Shown one piece after another: positions 58,337 to 64,000 of a stretch of DNA of 64,000 bases. The stretch's first letter is position 1. Every line of letters starts with the position of its first letter. Under the pieces are notes generated by a model. That model did not search any database and was not told the DNA's origin. It saw only the letters and a program-made list of their open reading frames with translations. The translations under genes and the position numbers were made by a program. The stretch is taken from positions 32,001 to 96,000 of IMG/VR virus record IMGVR_UViG_3300032030_000015. One strand, given 5' to 3'. This DNA is from a virus. Lineage: Duplodnaviria; Caudoviricetes.

Positions 58337-59560
58337 TCATTTCGGCAACTTGTGCCTGAGCGCCTTCCAGTCGGGCTTCTCGGGCGTCTTCGCCTTGAAG
58401 TTGTAGATGGGCTTGATGACGTCGATGACGTCCACCGTCGGGCCGATCTGCTCGACGATTTCCTGCATGGGCTTGTACACCATGGGGCTCTCGTCGATGG
58501 TCTCGGCGCAGACGCTGGTAGAGTAGATGCCGTCCATCGTGCGCTCGAAGTCCTCCAGGCTGATGCTCTGCTGGGCCTGCTTGCGCGACATGAGGCGGCC
58601 TGCGCCGTGGGGTGCGGAGTAGAGCCAGTCGATGTTTCCCTTGCCTCGGCAGAGCAGCGAGCCGTCGCGCATGTTCATCGGGATGATGAGCCGCTCGCCG
58701 TTGAGCGCCCTCACGGCCCCCTTGCGCAGGATGCGGTGCTTGATGTCGATGTAGTTGTGGATGGTCGTGAAGTTGTAGGGGCTCGGGAACATCCACCCCA
58801 TCGCGTCGCAGATAATCCTGGCCATCGTGTGGCGGTTGTCCTCGGCATAGAGCTGGCACAACTGCATGTCCTTGAGGTAGTGCTCGGCATCCATGCCCTC
58901 GATGAAGGCCAGGTCTTTCGGCACCCGCTTAGCCTTCTGCTTCGCCTCGCGGATGGTGTCTGCTATCTCCTTCTGTCGGCCCTCAGCCTTCAGCCGGGCT
59001 ATAATCTCCTTCTCGTCGTAACCCAGCCCACGGCACAGATATTCCTCTGCCCGCCGCTGCCAGTATTCGCAGACGCGCTTGCCGAGATTACGGCTGCCTG
59101 AGTGGATGACCAGGTACTTCGTGCCGTCGCTGCCCTCGTCCACCTCGATGAAGTGGTTGCCGCCGCCCAGCGTTCCGATGCTGCGCTGCGCCAAGTCTTC
59201 GTCGATGGCCTCGCGGCAATAGAGGCGGTCCAGAAACGGCACGTCCGTCACCGGCTTCTCGTGGACGTTGAAGCCGCTGGGAATCTCGTTGTTCACCACG
59301 CGGTCGAGTTCTTCGAGGTTGATGTCCGTCTTCCCGAGGTTCACCACCAGCATGCCGCAGCCGATGTCCACGCCAACCGTGTTCGGCACGATGCGGTCTT
59401 TTAGCGCAATCACCGTCCCGATGGTGCAGCCCGCCCCGGCGTGGCAGTCGGGCATAATCCTCACGGTGCAATCCTTGTAGGCATCGCACTCGCTCATTTC
59501 CTTAATCTGCCTCTCCGCCGTCTCCTCCAGCGTGGCAGCGTAAATCTTCAGTTTCTCCAT
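58337..59560 (-). CDS. rtcB: RtcB RNA ligase
   Basis: MPDCHAG, VGVDIGCG, GTLGGGNHFIE, HSGSRN, HNY, SAPHGAGR, DESP..YK; ATG at 59560. Confidence 0.95.
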   Translation of the reverse strand: MEKLKIYAATLEETAERQIKEMSECDAYKDCTVRIMPDCHAGAGCTIGTVIALKDRIVPNTVGVDIGCGMLVVNLGKTDINLEELDRVVNNEIPSGFNVHEKPVTDVPFLDRLYCREAIDEDLAQRSIGTLGGGNHFIEVDEGSDGTKYLVIHSGSRNLGKRVCEYWQRRAEEYLCRGLGYDEKEIIARLKAEGRQKEIADTIREAKQKAKRVPKDLAFIEGMDAEHYLKDMQLCQLYAEDNRHTMARIICDAMGWMFPSPYNFTTIHNYIDIKHRILRKGAVRALNGERLIIPMNMRDGSLLCRGKGNIDWLYSAPHGAGRLMSRKQAQQSISLEDFERTMDGIYSTSVCAETIDESPMVYKPMQEIVEQIGPTVDVIDVIKPIYNFKAKTPEKPDWKALRHKLPK

Positions 59561-59577
59561 ATTGTATGTTGTTAAAA

Positions 59578-60027
59578 GAGACACAGGCCCGGCGGCGTCG
59601 GATGATGTCAGCGACAAGGACGATAGCCAGAGCAAGAACCGATGCCACACTCAGCAAGAGCAAGGTCATTTCCGGCGGGCGACGGCCCGCAGGCCCCGAG
59701 GGGAGAGTGTCGTGCGGCATCGTCAGCGTTTGTTGGTTTTGATTAAGTAAATCCGCGAAAGGGATTCGTGTCTACCAATTCCACCACTTGACCACTGGGG
59801 CCAAGACAGGACTCGAACCTGCACACTGTCATCAAACGTTCTAACCAGCTGAACTACTTGTGTAAGCACCACAAGGTGGGAGTCGAACCCACGACCTTCT
59901 GAATGTCGTTTGATACTTGCCAATAGCCCGTAAATGTTGGCACGTGCTACAGAACAAGACCACCTTCCGCTGCCGGTGCGCCGCAGTTTCGCAGTAGATA
60001 CCTTCAGTCTGCGGCTACCTGTGTCTC
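59578..60027 (-). ncRNA. ~450-nt structured RNA with two permuted tRNA-like (YrlA-like) domains
   Basis: Terminal 10-bp helix; T arm, closed acceptor stem and D arm order at 59914-59831 and 59822-59750. Confidence 0.7.
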
Positions 60028-60043
60028 AATATGTCATAGAACT

Positions 60044-61207
60044 CTATTTCCCCAGCCCGTTCACCCGCTCGTAAACGTCGCGCAGTTCGTTGGGGATGAT
60101 GATGCCCAGGGCGGCTATGCGCTTCGACTCGGCCAGCTTCCACGCTTCGAGGTCGGCGGTCAGCTGCTGGTGGCGCTCCTTCTCGGCGGCGGCCCAGGCG
60201 TTGTACTCGGCCTGCAGCTCGCTGTGCTTGCGGCGCTCCTCCAGGATGTAGTTGTTCAGCTTGTCGCGCAGCACCGACATCTCGCGGTTGAAGTCCTCCG
60301 TGGCCTTCTGCCATTCGGCAGCCTTCGCCTGCTTGTCGGCCTCGATGGTGCGGTCGCGCTCGGCCAGCATGCCGTTCAGCTCGGCCTGCAGGGCGCGGTG
60401 CTCGGCAGCCAGGCGGAAGAACATGCCATCGACGTACTCCTGCGACACCGAGGGCGTGAACTCAATCATCATCGTCTGCGTCCCCTCGCCTGTGGTGCCC
60501 ACGGGGTTGGCGATGACGTGGCGCAAGTTCCTGCGCTCAGTGGCCAGCTTGCCGTCGTCGTGGATGAACTTGCCGATGACGGCAGCCTTCGCCTCCAGGA
60601 GCAACATGCGGTTGCGGTCCTTCACCGACAGCGTGGCCATGTACTCGTCCTCGGTCATCGCCGCCTTCTGCTTCACCTCGGCAGGCATCTTCAGGCCAGC
60701 CTTCAAGCAGAACAGCTGTATCTGATTGTACCCGAAAGCCACCATCGGATTCAGCGACTTCTTCACGTCGGGGAACTTGCCGTCGATGTCGGGCACCTCA
60801 TAGCCGCGCTCCTTCATCCACGTGTCGATGTTCGTGTCTACCTTCGGCACCTCCGCGCCGCCCAGCACCTCCTTGCAGTACGTCGCCAGCGTCGTCTGCT
60901 TCACCTCCGCCAGCAGCCGCTCGCGGGCCTTGATGGCCTCGCGCAGCCATGCTATCAGCGCATGCGCCTCGCCGATGTACGCCAGGCTGTCATACGTCTT
61001 GTCCAGCTGCTCCGCCGTGTTGCCCACCTTGCTCTGCTTCGGCTCGCCGCCGCTCAGCAGGCACACCTTCGTGCCGTAGAAACTCACCCCCGACAGCTCG
61101 TCGGCCAGGTTCTTCACACTCTCCTTCGCCATGTTCGCCACATGGTTCGCGCTCGTCGAGGTCAGTCCAGCCTCGCCAAAATAAATGTAGTCTGATTTCA
61201 TATTCAC
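60044..61207 (-). CDS. Coiled-coil phage protein
   Basis: GLTSTSANHVANMAKE...AWLREAIKARE; heptad-rich. Confidence 0.8.
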   Translation of the reverse strand: MNMKSDYIYFGEAGLTSTSANHVANMAKESVKNLADELSGVSFYGTKVCLLSGGEPKQSKVGNTAEQLDKTYDSLAYIGEAHALIAWLREAIKARERLLAEVKQTTLATYCKEVLGGAEVPKVDTNIDTWMKERGYEVPDIDGKFPDVKKSLNPMVAFGYNQIQLFCLKAGLKMPAEVKQKAAMTEDEYMATLSVKDRNRMLLLEAKAAVIGKFIHDDGKLATERRNLRHVIANPVGTTGEGTQTMMIEFTPSVSQEYVDGMFFRLAAEHRALQAELNGMLAERDRTIEADKQAKAAEWQKATEDFNREMSVLRDKLNNYILEERRKHSELQAEYNAWAAAEKERHQQLTADLEAWKLAESKRIAALGIIIPNELRDVYERVNGLGK

Positions 61208-61235
61208 CTATTTATTTCTAATTACACTATCTGTC

Positions 61236-61545
61236 TCATCCCAGCAGCAGCCGCAGGGCGAACTTCGCGTTTCCGGCGTCGCCTATGCGCAGCACCTCGT
61301 CGTACACCCGTTCCAGGCTTCGGGGATTCACGTTCTTGAACTTGTTCATCTCCGGCACGGTCAGCCTGTGCCCGGCCACCGTCGCAATCTTGAACAGCAT
61401 CGCCGTGCGGCTCAGTCCGTTGCCCCGAAAAACGGGGCGAGCCTGCTTCTGCTCGGCATAGCCGGTGCCAGCACCGCTCTGCTCTCGCTTGCCCGCAGCC
61501 TTGCCGCTGAACCTCGTCGGGGGGGGGTAATTTCGTCGTTCTCAT
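61236..61545 (-). pseudogene. Small gene frameshifted at a C9 tract (61519-61527); contains 63-bp repeat copy 6
   Basis: Removing one C gives a codon-biased frame ending ...AMLFKIATVAGHRL...FALRLLLG. Confidence 0.55.
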
Positions 61546-61573
61546 AATCGTGTAGCTTTTATTGTTTCACCGC

Positions 61574-62041
61574 TTAATCATTCAGACATTTCAGAATAGA
61601 ATTAAGCAAATCCATGAATGTTCTTTTATGCACTGTGGTAGCCATGTGCTGACGCTCGGCCTCAGACAGCATTCCCTCAATTTTTCTCTTGGCGTTTTCC
61701 TGCCGCTTCTGCAGCATCTCAATCTCCTGGGCATACGTCGCGATGCGCTTGTCGCAGTCCTGGCGCGTCTGCTCCATGCGCTCGCGGAACGCCCTGCCCT
61801 GCTCCTCCAGCTCCGCATCCTTGTCACGGATGCGCTCACGCAGGTTCTCCACCAGCTGCTGCTGGCTGGCTGCACTCTTCTTGGCAGTCTCCCACTTCTC
61901 CAGGGCACTGTAGTACATCTCGTTCAGCCCGCGCACATTCTCGCCGGCCTTCTCCAGCTTCTCCTTCAAGTCCGCCACCTCCTCGGCAAACGGATTGCGG
62001 CCACGGATGACCAACACCAGGTTCTTGAAATATTGCTTCAT
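61574..62041 (-). CDS. Coiled-coil hypothetical protein
   Basis: Heptad pattern. Confidence 0.75.
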   Translation of the reverse strand: MKQYFKNLVLVIRGRNPFAEEVADLKEKLEKAGENVRGLNEMYYSALEKWETAKKSAASQQQLVENLRERIRDKDAELEEQGRAFRERMEQTRQDCDKRIATYAQEIEMLQKRQENAKRKIEGMLSEAERQHMATTVHKRTFMDLLNSILKCLND

Positions 62042-62053
62042 AGTCCGCCGCGA

Positions 62054-62272
62054 TTATTTGTTACGGGTAATCCTGACCTTGACCGACGTGCTGCCGTCCA
62101 CCGTCCGCTCCGAGCGCGGCACCTTGTTCACCGTGAACTCCATGTCGTGGTCCTTCATCGACGTGGCCTGCACGCGCACCGACTTCAGCTTCCGCCTGTC
62201 GGCCAGCGTGAAGGTGCGGCTCTGCCCCACCCGCATCCTGTTGAAATCCTCAACTGTAACTGTCTCTCGCAT
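62054..62272 (-). CDS. Small basic protein, first gene of the leftward operon (Cro-like position)
   Basis: Divergent from the repressor. Confidence 0.65.
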   Translation of the reverse strand: MRETVTVEDFNRMRVGQSRTFTLADRRKLKSVRVQATSMKDHDMEFTVNKVPRSERTVDGSTSVKVRITRNK

Positions 62273-62328
62273 TTCTTTAATATTCTTAATTCTTCGTTAC
62301 GTTTCACCCAAAAGCGGGAGAAAAGCCT

Positions 62329-62470
62329 TACCTTTGCATCTGCTACAATGACAACAGGCGACGCAACGCTTTCCGCTGAAAGGCGCTCTTCAAGCGTCCG
62401 CAGGCTCTATCTGTCCGCTATGCCCGGCATTAACTAATTAATTAATTAACACGTCGGGAGTGCAAAGATA
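62329..62470. promoter_or_regulatory. Face-to-face promoter pair
   Basis: TACCTTTG (+, 62329-62336) and TATCTTTG (-, 62470-62463). Confidence 0.6.
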
Positions 62471-62552
62471 AGAAATAATGTTGTAACGCCGTAATGTTGC
62501 GTAAATAATTTAAGAGATTTTTAGATTTTAGTTATAACAAAACATCAACATT

Positions 62553-63149
62553 ATGGAAGAAAAGAAGAAAGAACAGACCAGACTGGCACGTGTGTTACGC
62601 CATCTCCGGATGCAGGGAAAAATCAGTAGTGACAAGGACTTTGCCGACAAGGTAGGCACGACTGCAACCACCGTTTCGCGCAATAAGAACAGCGGCAACC
62701 CGTTCGACGAGAAAATCATGCGCGGCGTCTACAAGGCGTTCGGCGACATCATCAACATCGACTACTTGCGTGGCGAGAGCGACATCATGCTGGTGAAGGA
62801 CTTGCCGTCCGGCAAGGATGCGAATGCCAATCCGCAGGAAACAACCCCGCTACATCCCGATTGCAACGGCTTGATAAGCGTCGCCCTCGCCGCCAAGGAT
62901 GAAGTCATTGACACCCTGAAGCGCCAACTTGCCGGCACGATTGCCGCCAAGGACGAGACCATCGCCGTCCAGAAGTGCGAGCTGGCCGCCAAGGACGAGA
63001 TTATTGCCACAAAGGATGCCCTTATCAAGAACCTCCAGCAGACAGTCTCCTCTCTCCGAGCCGACCTGTCGATGGAAAAAGGGCTCTCGACTGGTACTTC
63101 CCTGTCGGCACCTGCTGACACAAATCCGCGTCCTCGTAAGAACGTGTAG
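62553..63149 (+). CDS. CI-like HTH repressor with AAKDE coiled-coil repeats
   Basis: SDKDFADKVGTTATTVSR helix-turn-helix; INIDYLRGE. Confidence 0.75.
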   Translation: MEEKKKEQTRLARVLRHLRMQGKISSDKDFADKVGTTATTVSRNKNSGNPFDEKIMRGVYKAFGDIINIDYLRGESDIMLVKDLPSGKDANANPQETTPLHPDCNGLISVALAAKDEVIDTLKRQLAGTIAAKDETIAVQKCELAAKDEIIATKDALIKNLQQTVSSLRADLSMEKGLSTGTSLSAPADTNPRPRKNV

Positions 63150-63236
63150 TCCACACCGTAAAGCGAAGTCAGCATCCAGTCACATCCGGCAGGATGCAGT
63201 CCTCGCGTGCGCGTACAATATATAGTGTGTAGGCGG

Positions 63237-63998
63237 CTACCCCTCTAATGCCAACGTCACGGTGAAGTCCACGTGCGGCATCTGCTGCTTCGTCTTGTCG
63301 TAGATGCTGATGCTTTTCTTCGCCGGCTCCACGATGACGGGTACGTAGGCGGCGGTCGTCTGCCCCGGTCCCTTGTACTTCATCCAGTGTCTTTTCCGCT
63401 TGCCGCCCAGGAACTCCATCGCCCACCATTCTGCCCACTCACGGGTGACATAGCCAGAGGACATCTGCCACGAGCGGCGGACGTCAGTGCCGATGGCCAT
63501 CAGCGAGCGCGACGGGCGGAACGTCGGGCGCTCCACACGGCTGTACTGCTTCATGTCTACGTCTATCTGCATCGCCTCCTTTGTCATGCCGCTGCACGTC
63601 TCGATGGCTCCCCGACGGTTCAGGAAGAGGAAGTCCACGTACTCCTGACTGTCGCGCAGCACCATCGGCGCATGTGCCGACTGACTGTCCTCACCCGCCG
63701 TTGCCGTCGCAGGATAGAACACGCTCCGGGTACCGTCGTTGCTCACGTCCACCCACGACGTGATGCTGCTCTTCCCCACCCTCTCCGGCGACTCCGTTGG
63801 CTTGGTCGAAGCGTCGCCGTAGCGCAGGTTCTCATGCTCGCGGTACGACACGTCGGCATCGGCATTCGTTGGTATGATGCTCCGCTCCCACTCCGTGAAG
63901 CTGCCGAGGGCGCACTGGCCGCCTGTAAAGGTTCCGATGCTGGTCCGGGTGAACTCGCCGTCGGTGCTGTCGAGATACTCCGTGAATACCTCTATCGA
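63237..63998 (-). CDS. Probable virion/tail-region protein (partial; runs off the window)
   Basis: Frame open to the window edge; FLFLNRRGAIET, W.MSSGY..REWAEW pattern. Confidence 0.55.
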   Translation of the reverse strand, partial: SIEVFTEYLDSTDGEFTRTSIGTFTGGQCALGSFTEWERSIIPTNADADVSYREHENLRYGDASTKPTESPERVGKSSITSWVDVSNDGTRSVFYPATATAGEDSQSAHAPMVLRDSQEYVDFLFLNRRGAIETCSGMTKEAMQIDVDMKQYSRVERPTFRPSRSLMAIGTDVRRSWQMSSGYVTREWAEWWAMEFLGGKRKRHWMKYKGPGQTTAAYVPVIVEPAKKSISIYDKTKQQMPHVDFTVTLALEG

Positions 63999-64000
63999 GT

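Noticed and set aside
59796-59863. Canonical tRNA gene
   Set aside because: In linear order the acceptor stem pairs only 4/7 and there is no anticodon arm. Pairing works only in the permuted arrangement.
1817-61195. Long antisense or alternate-frame ORFs (e.g. 1817-2785, 4161-5309, 34120-35679, 42210-43487, 53360-55345, 60170-61195)
   Set aside because: Shadows of GC3-rich real genes, with no motifs.

Overview
The window looks like part of a large Bacteroidales (Prevotella-like) temperate phage or phage-plasmid. The evidence is TAnnTTTG promoters, no Shine-Dalgarno sites, and Prevotella-type dispersed repeats. From left to right: (1) a plasmid-type maintenance module with ParA, a small partner, a DEDDh-BRCT exonuclease, an iteron origin, RepA and a DnaA-N/DnaC-like loader; (2) a few late/lysis-type and HU-like genes; (3) a compositionally odd, repeat-rich 1.7 kb block; (4) a ~29 kb co-directional early/anti-defence region with an ArdA-like gene, a DarB-like methylase-helicase and many small orphans; (5) two Mfa2/FimB-like lipoprotein genes, the second split by an IS1595 element carrying a HaeII-family R-M system; (6) a minus-strand replication operon with IF-1, a primase-helicase and RtcB; (7) a CI/Cro-like switch. 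Main discovery: an unclassified reverse transcriptase (20385-22046, YSDD) and an unknown 376-aa gene sit within an array of nine ~180-nt units (three at 22053-22530, six at 23728-24780). The units share a scaffold: a small hairpin, a T-rich ATTYA-like motif, ATCR-N6-TANAG, and a 5-bp loop-to-tail pseudoknot that covaries in all nine. Eight units carry a different 72-110-nt hairpin and one is 'empty'. Second discovery: a ~450-nt structured region upstream of rtcB holds two circularly permuted tRNA-like (YrlA-like) domains. All analysis was done by eye; no searches were run.
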